Notes: generated by a model not told the origin, from the letters alone. A stretch of DNA of 64,000 nucleotides from Bdellovibrionota bacterium (GCA_041740355.1 JBGSMD010000063.1:53002-117001), one strand, 5' to 3'; shown: positions 38,814 to 47,518, numbered from the stretch's first letter. Translations and numbers: made by a program.

Positions 38814-41150
38814 ATGATTAATTTAAAAGTTTTGATTGGCTCAACTAAGATTAATTATAATCTTATATCTTTAATTCTAGCTCTTACTTGTGTCCATCTG
38901 AGCATTTCACAAATAATTTCTAGTGAACCAATAAGTGGCTGGGACACTCCAGGGCATCTCTACTTAACATATAAGATGCAAGAATTCTTAGGATTAGGAA
39001 CCTGGTTTGGCTATGATTCAAGCTGGTTCTCAGGCACAGCTCTCTTTGTGCTGTATCCACCACTAACATATATATTAATTAACATATTACATCTTATAAC
39101 TTTCTCTTCTGATCTAACTTATAGTTTTAACCTATTTATTTACCTTCAAGCTCAATTATTAGTAATAATTTTTTACTGGATAACAAAATATATTTTAGGT
39201 GTCGAATATCGGAAATATGTGATGTTGGTGCTCACCTTAATGTTACATACAAACATTATCTATTCGACCCACTTTATAGGATTAGCAGGATTATTTTACG
39301 CAGGCTTTCTATCAAATTGTACAGGGCTAATTCTATTCTTGCTGCTATTTGCACAAATCAGAAAACTGGAATTAAACATTATTAGCTCCTCTTATACTTC
39401 AATATTAATATTGAGCTTGATTTTACTTAACCATATAATCTCAGCAATATTTACTTTAATATTTATATCAATTTACTTAGCCCTTCAGGGAAATTCAAGG
39501 GTAGCGAAAAAATGGTTTGCTGTTATCGCAGTCGCTTCGCTGGTTGCTTCCCCTTATTACTGGATATTTATTGCCAATCTAGAATTTTCATCCTCAGAAG
39601 CTATCGGGCTTCACGGATCTTTTCCCGATCCCTTATTAGTCCTCTTTCCAAATCTTAATATTGAACATTTTGTGAATATGTTTAATGCCGAATTTAGCGA
39701 TACCTTCAGTTTTTTTAACTATAAAATCGAGTTGCCATTAATCATCAGTCAATTTCCATATTATGCGCTGATTGCTTTTTATTTTGGAATTAAAGGAAGT
39801 CTTCTAATTGTTAAAAGTCAAAAAAAACTACTGGGGTTTCTTTTTACAATTACTATCCTCTTCATATTCTTACCTCGCGCTTACTTAACAAACCTAACTA
39901 GCCTGACAATCCACTACTATCGCTTTACTGGCCTGCTGAGTTTCATGTTTATTTTTATAATTGCCTCTGGGATTAAACATTCTGACTACACACATAGCAA
40001 TTTGAAAAAAATACTCGGAGGTATATTTCTTGCTCTGATTTTACTACTAACAACGTCGTATCAGATGCTTTTCATTAGTGATTCTAGACATCAAGAATTT
40101 AAGCTACACCTGAGCGATTATCAAGGATATCAAAACCTAGATAAGGTTGCTAAATACCTTAAAGAGAACAATCTAACTGCAGGTGTTGCAATTGAGCAAA
40201 GCTATAATTTCCTCCTACAAGTCGGTTCCCTTCATGCCGTTTCATATCTTTTCCCGCATAAGTATAAAATCCCAATCAAGACTGGACTACTAGCTGAGTC
40301 AGCTTATTACTCGTCATTAATTAATCCCACTTTAGGTCTTCAAACAAATCACATGGTTTGGGGAAGTAAAGAATTATACCTTTTTAACTATTTTAATAAC
40401 CCAAAAAAAAATCCGAATTTATTTATTGAGAAGCTAAGGCTTTTAGGAGTAAAAGTATTAATCACAACAGATCGGGACAGCTTCAAAAAAATTAAAACCC
40501 TAACTCTTCAAAATCGTTTTCTAGTACTAAATAAAAAGATTGCTAATTATGCTATATTTGTTTTGCCAGAGTTGTCCCTAAAGAAAACCAACTCAATCAA
40601 GCCCCGATATCTATTTTTTGATTCAAAAGAATTAGCATTCAAAATGTTTTTTAGAGACTGGTTTGCTTATGATTCAACGATTAATTTTAACCTAGTATAC
40701 GATTACTTCAATTTGACTCAAAAAGATCCTAGCTTATTAAGTCAATTTTCAGGATTAGTCTTTTCCGCTGAGAATACAAATTCTTGTCTTAAGAATTACG
40801 AAAAGCTGAAGAGCTTGCAAGGTGATCTGAATGAAAAGTTAATCCCCTTAATTGATCAACAAAACCAGCAGCAAGAAAACCCAGCAATCCAAAAGCATAA
40901 GAGAGACTTTTATGATTTAGATATTATTTTCTTGGGTAAGAAGTGTTTTAAAGATCCGAACTGGAAAGTTAAGTGGATTAAAACAAATAATCCAGAAGAG
41001 AGAATGGCAAAACTAACAAAACTAGTTCAAAAAAATAAGCTAAAAATTCTCGTTAATAATAGACTGATTAATACGGAAGATACGTTTAGCCCACTAAATG
41101 GTAATAATTCATTTATCCAAACCCCGTTTTTTACTCTAAAGGTTAGGTAG
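38814..41150 (+). CDS. Large polytopic membrane protein (778 aa), GT-C/YfhO-like architecture
   Basis: The N-terminal ~430 aa hold about 13 or more hydrophobic helices, followed by a soluble ~340-aa C-terminal domain. The gene looks very AT-rich by eye. The family assignment is a guess from architecture only. Confidence 0.55.
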   Translation: MINLKVLIGSTKINYNLISLILALTCVHLSISQIISSEPISGWDTPGHLYLTYKMQEFLGLGTWFGYDSSWFSGTALFVLYPPLTYILINILHLITFSSDLTYSFNLFIYLQAQLLVIIFYWITKYILGVEYRKYVMLVLTLMLHTNIIYSTHFIGLAGLFYAGFLSNCTGLILFLLLFAQIRKLELNIISSSYTSILILSLILLNHIISAIFTLIFISIYLALQGNSRVAKKWFAVIAVASLVASPYYWIFIANLEFSSSEAIGLHGSFPDPLLVLFPNLNIEHFVNMFNAEFSDTFSFFNYKIELPLIISQFPYYALIAFYFGIKGSLLIVKSQKKLLGFLFTITILFIFLPRAYLTNLTSLTIHYYRFTGLLSFMFIFIIASGIKHSDYTHSNLKKILGGIFLALILLLTTSYQMLFISDSRHQEFKLHLSDYQGYQNLDKVAKYLKENNLTAGVAIEQSYNFLLQVGSLHAVSYLFPHKYKIPIKTGLLAESAYYSSLINPTLGLQTNHMVWGSKELYLFNYFNNPKKNPNLFIEKLRLLGVKVLITTDRDSFKKIKTLTLQNRFLVLNKKIANYAIFVLPELSLKKTNSIKPRYLFFDSKELAFKMFFRDWFAYDSTINFNLVYDYFNLTQKDPSLLSQFSGLVFSAENTNSCLKNYEKLKSLQGDLNEKLIPLIDQQNQQQENPAIQKHKRDFYDLDIIFLGKKCFKDPNWKVKWIKTNNPEERMAKLTKLVQKNKLKILVNNRLINTEDTFSPLNGNNSFIQTPFFTLKVR

Positions 41151-41153
41151 TAG

Positions 41154-41312
41154 CTAGTTATAATTCATTTTATCTGCTGTAAATTTTAATTTTTGTGAGC
41201 TAGCTCTTCCCATAGCAGTTACGGCAACGATGGTTACGATAGCGATTAACGCAACAAGTAGTCCATACTCAACTAATGATGCCCCTTTTTTATTTTTATT
41301 TATTTTTTTCAT
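41154..41312 (-). CDS. flp: Flp/Fap family type IVb pilin (52 aa; not in the ORF track)
   Basis: Hand translation gives MKKINKNKKG|ASLVEYGLLVALIAIVTIVAVTAMGRASSQKLKFTADKMNYN*. The G-x-x-x-x-EY motif plus a hydrophobic helix is the Flp signature. Confidence 0.7.
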   Translation of the reverse strand: MKKINKNKKGASLVEYGLLVALIAIVTIVAVTAMGRASSQKLKFTADKMNYN

Positions 41313-41363
41313 ATTCTTCTTTATTGGGTTTCCCCGTTAAATACGCCTGATTGATAAATCTAG

Positions 41364-41960
41364 TTAAATATCTAATTTTTTGCAATTAAGATGGAAATTA
41401 TTAGGTAAATCTACAGTTAGTGTAAACTGATATGCGCCTGCTACTGCTATATTTAATTTAATATTCTGACTGTTTTCGCCATTGAAAAGTGTAAAATCTT
41501 GATTCAAAGTAAGATTAGATCCCTCTTGTTCGAATCCAAATACAAAAGGGCTAGTCCAATCTTGATCTGCGATTTTAAATTCATACTCTCCGGGAATTAA
41601 GGGTAATACTACTCGATAGTTATTCCCGCCAACTGGCAAAAGCTGATTATAAGCTCCCGCTTTCCAATTCTCAATTCGATTAACACGAAGAAACACATTA
41701 CGATCAATACTTTTTATTGGATTATTAGCACTATTTTCTTGCGTAATTGGATTAAAATAAACTACAACGGCCAATAATAAGATTACAAGAAAAATTATCC
41801 CTCCAAAAATCTTGGCATAAGATTCCATCTTTTTCCTAAACCTATATTGTTCTGCGAATTTTTTTAAATTAGCAGTGCTTCTTGATCGAACCGAATCTTG
41901 AATAACATCGCCCAGACCTAATTGATCCTGTCTTTTAAACGTTCTTTTATTAAATATCAT
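41364..41960 (-). CDS. Single-pass membrane protein with C-terminal beta-sandwich-like (CBM-like) domain
   Basis: It has one TM helix (IFGGIIFLVILLLAVVVYF). The C-terminal GEYEFKIADQDWTSPFVFG resembles carbohydrate-binding-module patterns. This is a weak call. Confidence 0.4.
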   Translation of the reverse strand: MIFNKRTFKRQDQLGLGDVIQDSVRSRSTANLKKFAEQYRFRKKMESYAKIFGGIIFLVILLLAVVVYFNPITQENSANNPIKSIDRNVFLRVNRIENWKAGAYNQLLPVGGNNYRVVLPLIPGEYEFKIADQDWTSPFVFGFEQEGSNLTLNQDFTLFNGENSQNIKLNIAVAGAYQFTLTVDLPNNFHLNCKKLDI

Positions 41961-42165
41961 AACTAGCTAAGTTTATCAGATAACGAATTAGAATTACAGA
42001 TAAGATCTACTGTAAAGTATCAAATATTATCGGTTTATTCGTTACAAGCTAATCACAACAACCACAGGGCCCCTAATGAAAGGGATCAGAATGACCTGAT
42101 TATTCAATCCATTTGAATTATCTTTACAATTAGAAAATGGATTAATTCGATACAAACGTTATGAA

Positions 42166-42194
42166 TTGTTAGCACTCTGGTTTAGGTGTATATT
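42166..42194 (+). promoter_or_regulatory. Candidate sigma-70-type promoter for the RT operon (TTGTTA-N17-TATATT)
   Basis: The hexamers were read directly from the sequence with a 17-nt spacer, about 80 nt upstream of the RT ATG. In AT-rich DNA such matches are common by chance. Confidence 0.25.
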
Positions 42195-42272
42195 TATATT
42201 TGGTTGGTTTGTGCAACCTATCGATTAGAACATATTAAAAAAGACAAACGGACCCAATCAGCAATCTTAGTA

Positions 42273-43604
42273 ATGAACCTACTGCAAAAACTCTCCTCCC
42301 GTGAAAACTTTTTAGCAATCCTTGATATTTTAAAAAGTAAAAAAAAATCAAAATCTTGGATTCTACAATCTGCCCCGATTGAAAAATCAATATCGCTTGC
42401 TTGGTGTATTTATAACCAAGACTTACTTATCAAGTATTATTTAAAAAACTTAAGAAATCATTCCTATCGCCCACAAGTAAGAATTAAAATGACTATTTTT
42501 ATAGATAAACAAAGGATTATCTATAATATTAACTGGGTTGATAAAATTATGGACTATGCCCTGACTAAACTACTTTTTGATGTCAGTGCGGAATTTTTCT
42601 CCGATCAATTATTTTCCTATCGCCAAGGATTTTCTAATAAAAAAGCAGTAAAAAGCCTCTGTAAATATATCAAGAATAATCAAGGCTCAGAGATCTACAT
42701 TGCCAAACGAGATATTAAATCATACTTCGATAATATTAATAGCGGGATTTTAACCTCACAAATTAAGGAGAAATGTGGCGAGCAAGATTCCTTTTTTTGG
42801 AAACTTTTAAGTAGTTTCTTACAACCAGAATATTATGATCCGGAGCTAGATCTTCAGGAGCAACTACTTCTAGGAATACCAACTGGATCTTGCATCTCTA
42901 ACTTTGCTGCGAATTTTTATTTGCACGACCTTGATCATTTAGCTGTAAACAATTTAGACTTTTATGTTCGCTATGGAGACGATATAATTTTTGCTGATCG
43001 GGATAAGGATAAGCTAAATCAGCTTCTTAATACTTATCAAGAAAAAATTTTGGAACGCGATCTTAAATTCCACCCAGACAAAGATCTATTCCTGAAAATC
43101 GGACCAACTTTAGCAAGCTCCAAAGATTCGCCCTATCAAAGCAAAAAAGTATTTGATTACCTAGGTTACCAAATTAGCGACGAAGGACTTATCTTCCTAA
43201 AGTCTTATAAATTTAAAAAACTAAAAAAGGATATTAAGAGTAGACTATTCAACTCCTATCGCACATATTACCGTGCTGGACTAAGTAAGGATCTGCAAAT
43301 GTCTAATCTGATTAAAGACCTAAATGGTACGATGCGAGATTTAAATTACTATAATCATTTCGCCGATCTTGTCCTATTCACGACTGATAAACCACGACTT
43401 AAGGAATTTGATATTTGGATTGCTCAAACAATTATTGCCATGACTCATAACTGTTCTCGCGCTAATGCGTTTGGGAAAATTTCCTACAGACAAATACGCG
43501 AGGCAGGTCTATTCTCGATTCTAAATTACAAGAATATTTATCCTAGAAGAAATGAAGTTCTCCGATCTACAAAAAATCTCCAAAGCAGATCAGCAACGAC
43601 GTAA
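42273..43604 (+). CDS. Reverse transcriptase (RNA-directed DNA polymerase), orphan/unclassified
   Basis: RT motifs in order: YRPQ...I....R.IY (1), D+I..YAL..LL (2), RQGFS...AV, KRDIKSYFDNI (3), LGIPTGSCISNFAANFYLHDLD (4), YVRYGDDIIF (5; YGDD at 42972-42983), FHPDKDLF (6), FDYLGYQI (7). A ~150-aa C-terminal extension follows. The ATG at 42273 is preferred over the GTG at 42186. Confidence 0.85.
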   Translation: MNLLQKLSSRENFLAILDILKSKKKSKSWILQSAPIEKSISLAWCIYNQDLLIKYYLKNLRNHSYRPQVRIKMTIFIDKQRIIYNINWVDKIMDYALTKLLFDVSAEFFSDQLFSYRQGFSNKKAVKSLCKYIKNNQGSEIYIAKRDIKSYFDNINSGILTSQIKEKCGEQDSFFWKLLSSFLQPEYYDPELDLQEQLLLGIPTGSCISNFAANFYLHDLDHLAVNNLDFYVRYGDDIIFADRDKDKLNQLLNTYQEKILERDLKFHPDKDLFLKIGPTLASSKDSPYQSKKVFDYLGYQISDEGLIFLKSYKFKKLKKDIKSRLFNSYRTYYRAGLSKDLQMSNLIKDLNGTMRDLNYYNHFADLVLFTTDKPRLKEFDIWIAQTIIAMTHNCSRANAFGKISYRQIREAGLFSILNYKNIYPRRNEVLRSTKNLQSRSATT

Positions 43605-45786
43605 TCTTGTCCGTAAAGGACTAGAGCAGTATGATCTCAGATCCTACTTACGCTACTTAAGGTATCGAATTAAATGGCCAATACTTTTTAAGTTACTTTC
43701 TCGACTAATTGTTATTGTTGAAGTGATTCTAATTCAACAACTATTTACTTATAATATTTTTGCAGACTTAACTCTCTATATTTTCATTATTTTTATCAGT
43801 CGAAGCGCCCTAAAAGGTATTACTCAATACTATCGTGTGCAACTAATGCCCCTAGCGACGGCAAAAAACATTTCTGGCCTAAATATCGCCCTAAGTAAGG
43901 CTCTGATCATAAACATCTTTTCTGCCTTTTTATTAGCCTTGGTCATTAGCATTCTTTGTCTACTCTTAGATTTATCGGATCAGTTAAACACTTACTTTAT
44001 AATTTCCTGGTGCTTATTAATCCCGCTAGAGCAAATTACCACGCAGCTTTGGAATACCGTCTATCTTAATACCCGACTAAGGCGAAGTGCCTTGATTACT
44101 TTCATTTGCCGCATGCTTCCAATCATTTCACTATTAGCTTTTAGCAGCTTGATTGGCCCCCTAAGTTACATTCTGGGTACATTTATGGCGAGATTATTAG
44201 AAAGTTTTTACTTATCGCGTGTCGCAATTTTAGCATTAAAGTTCAAATTTACATTAAAGAAGAAATCGAGCAGTTTGTTACAAGTTATCGGACAGTATTT
44301 TAAAAATCAAAAGGCGCGCCAATACCTTTACTTTAATGCCATCCTACCCTGTTATTTTTTGGGTCTTGGATTAATCATCTTTGAACGGGGAGTCGGTACC
44401 TGGATTACAAATATTATTTATTTTTTTATTTTAAATTTTGCAGTTTTTTTTACTACACAAATTTCACGCTCAATTCAATTTGACATCTACTCCTGCTTTA
44501 AAAAAGGGCAGGTAAAAAAAGCAACGTTCTTAGGCAAAAGAATTGTAAAATATACTTTGAACTTTGCTGTAATTCTAGCAGCTAGCTTTATCTATTTACT
44601 CTTAAATTCCAAAAGGTTTTACCTTTTCATACCAATTAGCTTAGAATATTTTCTATTAATCTTACCCTTGGCAGTAATTGCTCAAACGTTTTTTTTTTCG
44701 ATCTATGCCCAAATCCAATCCCTAGCAATCGATCGTTATTTCACCAAGCTAATCTTCATTAGCTTCCTCCTAATAGGCTTACCAATTCAGTTCCTTCTAT
44801 TTCATTATTACCTCGCAAATCTACAAGCGATCTACTGGACTGAAATCCTTCTCTTTGTGTTTGTAGGTACACTATTATATTTAAATTTGAACTTTAATCT
44901 CAGTCCCTTTTTAATAAAGTATATCAAAAGAGAGCGGAAGGCTCTGCCCCTGTGCCAACCAACTGCACTCCAATTAGAGCTCCGAACTAAATATATCAAA
45001 ACTGGCTCAGCTTATCTTTACATATTATCTTATTATGAGCGGGATGCTTTCTGGGAACGCATTAAGTATTCACTTCCCCAAACAAAAGATTTCTTAATTA
45101 CCCGGTACTCTGCTGGGCTCTTCCTGCTTTCATCTCATCAACCACTGACGGATCTTGATTTTCGCAACCTAAGCTTTGTTGCCAAAAAGCAAATAGATTT
45201 AAGCCAAGAGCTACTGCAGACTTTACTGGATATTTATACTTTTTACTATTCTCTAGAATTTAGAAATAGCTCATTCCAAAAAATACGTAATAAGTTCTAT
45301 CTTAATAGATCCATCAAAGAAGAATTGTATCAGTTAGCGGAATTAAAGAGGCCAGTAGATCAAATAATATCAGAGTTGCTTGGAGCTCCTAGGATCGTCT
45401 TCAAAAATGGTAAAATTTCTTGTTTGGGCAAAGTCAGTAATAAACTTTATAATTTTGCTTTGAACCAATATTTTTATCCTGACAATAACTTGGCTCCCGC
45501 AATTCAAGGATCCCAATTAACAATCAGAATTAATAATACGGAAACAATTAGTTTCGACTTAAGGCACTTGAATAGTTACCTAATTGGACAAGTTAATAAA
45601 AAGATTTTTTTCCTCAATCAATATTATTATTTTAAGAATATTATTGATCCCCATTTGCCATATGCAGCTAGCATTCAAGATTATTTAATAGCACGGAGAC
45701 TGATTCATAAACATACCCGTCGCTGTAAAACGAGAAAGGCTGACCATTTAGCAGATCTCAATTTTTATAATCATAAATTAGTATGA
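43552..45786 (+). CDS. Polytopic (~12 TM) membrane protein with ~290-aa soluble C-terminal domain; RT-operon gene 2
   Basis: About 12 hydrophobic helices were counted by eye between aa ~40 and ~450 (MOP/MATE-flippase-like spacing). No motif was recognised in the C-terminal domain. It overlaps the RT gene by 53 nt and the PLD gene by 4 nt. Confidence 0.65.
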   Translation: MKFSDLQKISKADQQRRNLVRKGLEQYDLRSYLRYLRYRIKWPILFKLLSRLIVIVEVILIQQLFTYNIFADLTLYIFIIFISRSALKGITQYYRVQLMPLATAKNISGLNIALSKALIINIFSAFLLALVISILCLLLDLSDQLNTYFIISWCLLIPLEQITTQLWNTVYLNTRLRRSALITFICRMLPIISLLAFSSLIGPLSYILGTFMARLLESFYLSRVAILALKFKFTLKKKSSSLLQVIGQYFKNQKARQYLYFNAILPCYFLGLGLIIFERGVGTWITNIIYFFILNFAVFFTTQISRSIQFDIYSCFKKGQVKKATFLGKRIVKYTLNFAVILAASFIYLLLNSKRFYLFIPISLEYFLLILPLAVIAQTFFFSIYAQIQSLAIDRYFTKLIFISFLLIGLPIQFLLFHYYLANLQAIYWTEILLFVFVGTLLYLNLNFNLSPFLIKYIKRERKALPLCQPTALQLELRTKYIKTGSAYLYILSYYERDAFWERIKYSLPQTKDFLITRYSAGLFLLSSHQPLTDLDFRNLSFVAKKQIDLSQELLQTLLDIYTFYYSLEFRNSSFQKIRNKFYLNRSIKEELYQLAELKRPVDQIISELLGAPRIVFKNGKISCLGKVSNKLYNFALNQYFYPDNNLAPAIQGSQLTIRINNTETISFDLRHLNSYLIGQVNKKIFFLNQYYYFKNIIDPHLPYAASIQDYLIARRLIHKHTRRCKTRKADHLADLNFYNHKLV

Positions 45787-47513
45787 AATCCAAAAGTTTA
45801 ATCTACTTTATTTTCATTTTACTAAGCTTAATTATTGGACTATCGCTCCACGCTGAGAGAATCGAAATACCTCTTTACGTTCTACGAAAAGCAATTACTT
45901 GTTCTAGTGTTCAAGAGAAAACATTGGAAGTTGTTTTCCAAAACAAGTCTTATTTGATCGCATTTGACCATATTTACAGTACTCCCGTTATTAATGCAGG
46001 TTTAGTCTGTCAACGTTTGATCCGCTACTTAAAAGCAGCGCCTTCGCCCAATTTAATCATCCCTATCTCCAAAAAATATACCAAGTTCGGCCATGATATT
46101 TATGTCGATGAATCAGGATTTTTAGAAAAAGCTTGCCTAGAACAAGGGCTTTGTAAGCGAAACATCTTGGATACTTTTAAGCCCAAAAAAATACTCCGTG
46201 AATGTCATGGGAAAATTACACTAAACGGCTTATTGGCAAAATCTCGTCCCAAAATTCCTGGCTATCAAACAAAAATCATTAAAGATGTTACAATTAAAAT
46301 TCACCCATTTCATCCATTTATCAATATTCTAAATGAATACCTTCAAGATCCAATTTTAAAGGAAATTCATGCCTCTACTATGTCAATTGGTAATCAAGCC
46401 CTAGACGATATTTCTGCCAGCACGCAAAGCTACAATAAAAAGGCTGTAATTAATTATGATGCCGGAATTTCATTGTTCAATTCTCAACAAGGCCAAATTG
46501 CTAAGGCTATTACTAAGTCACCTAAAGTTCATTTTTTACCAATGACCAGTGGTAATAATTTTAGCCAATTTTATCACATCAAATTTATTGCTAGCCCACA
46601 AACTAACAAGTCAATGTTGGCCTCAATGAATTTAGCCTCAGTAGATCGAACAGCATATCTCGACCTAAATTTTTTCTTTGAGGATCCTACTATTCGCGAT
46701 GAGTTTTTATCCATCTCAAATAATAATAATCGAAGATTTTGTGATTATTCTGAAGATTATGACTGCTTAGCAAATTTTTATGATGAAAGATCAAAATCCC
46801 ATATTCCACTGGTAATAAATAGAAGTTGTCCGACAAGCAATACCGAAACTACTATCAAAAGATCTGGTTACTTTGTAAACTCCGAAGATGATGATCTCAA
46901 ACAATTTGTGATAAACTTTATTAATCAAGCAAAACAAGAAATCATTGTAACTTCCTACAAGTTAACAGAAAGAGCCATTGCCAAGGCCTTATTAAACAAG
47001 CAGCAAGAAGGGCTTAAAGTTCACGCCATGTTAGCCTTTAAATCTCCCGCATTGGGCGAATTGAAAAGCCATTTCTACTCGGGGGAAGTTGTTAAGGAAG
47101 AGTATCCTTTTCCTCACATGAAAATTATTATTATCGATCGCCGACTAATGCTATTTGGAACTGCGAACTTCACGATTAATGCTTTAAATAATACAACTGA
47201 ATTAATTGGAGTTACTGATAATCAGCAAGCAATTAAAACAGCGTTAGATCATGTCGCAGTTTTTACACAGTCCAAAGATCTGGCCTTAAGTAAAAACATT
47301 TCCAATACTCCTAAGCAGAAAAATTATGTAGCAGTGACGAGCTCTACGCAGATCAAACCAGTGAATTTACCTTTTACTAAACCGCTTGAGCAGAAATGGT
47401 TATCAAACTACCGAGAGGTAACAAAGGAAGGCGAAAAATTATTAGATAAGTGTGATTTAAGGCACCTTATTTTTATAACTAAGGCAACTTATTTGGAATG
47501 TCTTAAAAAATAA
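45783..47513 (+). CDS. PLD-superfamily (HKD) enzyme with N-terminal signal peptide/anchor; RT-operon gene 3
   Basis: The canonical HKD motif HMKIIIIDRRLMLFGTANFT (HxKxxxxD-x6-GTxN) lies at 47115-47168. A degenerate first motif, HIKFIASP...ASMN, lies at 46575-46641. The N terminus MKSKSLIYFIFILLSLIIGLSLHA is signal-like. Confidence 0.8.
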   Translation: MKSKSLIYFIFILLSLIIGLSLHAERIEIPLYVLRKAITCSSVQEKTLEVVFQNKSYLIAFDHIYSTPVINAGLVCQRLIRYLKAAPSPNLIIPISKKYTKFGHDIYVDESGFLEKACLEQGLCKRNILDTFKPKKILRECHGKITLNGLLAKSRPKIPGYQTKIIKDVTIKIHPFHPFINILNEYLQDPILKEIHASTMSIGNQALDDISASTQSYNKKAVINYDAGISLFNSQQGQIAKAITKSPKVHFLPMTSGNNFSQFYHIKFIASPQTNKSMLASMNLASVDRTAYLDLNFFFEDPTIRDEFLSISNNNNRRFCDYSEDYDCLANFYDERSKSHIPLVINRSCPTSNTETTIKRSGYFVNSEDDDLKQFVINFINQAKQEIIVTSYKLTERAIAKALLNKQQEGLKVHAMLAFKSPALGELKSHFYSGEVVKEEYPFPHMKIIIIDRRLMLFGTANFTINALNNTTELIGVTDNQQAIKTALDHVAVFTQSKDLALSKNISNTPKQKNYVAVTSSTQIKPVNLPFTKPLEQKWLSNYREVTKEGEKLLDKCDLRHLIFITKATYLECLKK

Positions 47514-47518
47514 AAGAA

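Noticed and set aside
42186-43604. RT as a group II intron or classical retron
   Set aside because: There is no maturase (X) or HNH endonuclease domain, and I saw no GUGYG 5' end or domain V-like hairpin in the flanks. That argues against a group II intron. There is no VTG triad, no NAxxH motif, and no clear a1/a2 pair with a branching G upstream. That argues against a canonical retron, though an atypical one is not excluded.
42186-47513. RT as part of a diversity-generating retroelement (DGR)
   Set aside because: Motifs 4 and 5 (FAANFYL...YVRYGDD) are superficially DGR-like. However, the SQ dipeptide is absent (SN instead). By eye I found no ~100-nt template/variable repeat pair near the RT or at the 3' end of a neighbouring gene, and there is no Avd-like small gene. 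Eye-searching for diverged repeats is unreliable, so a formal TR/VR search is still worthwhile.
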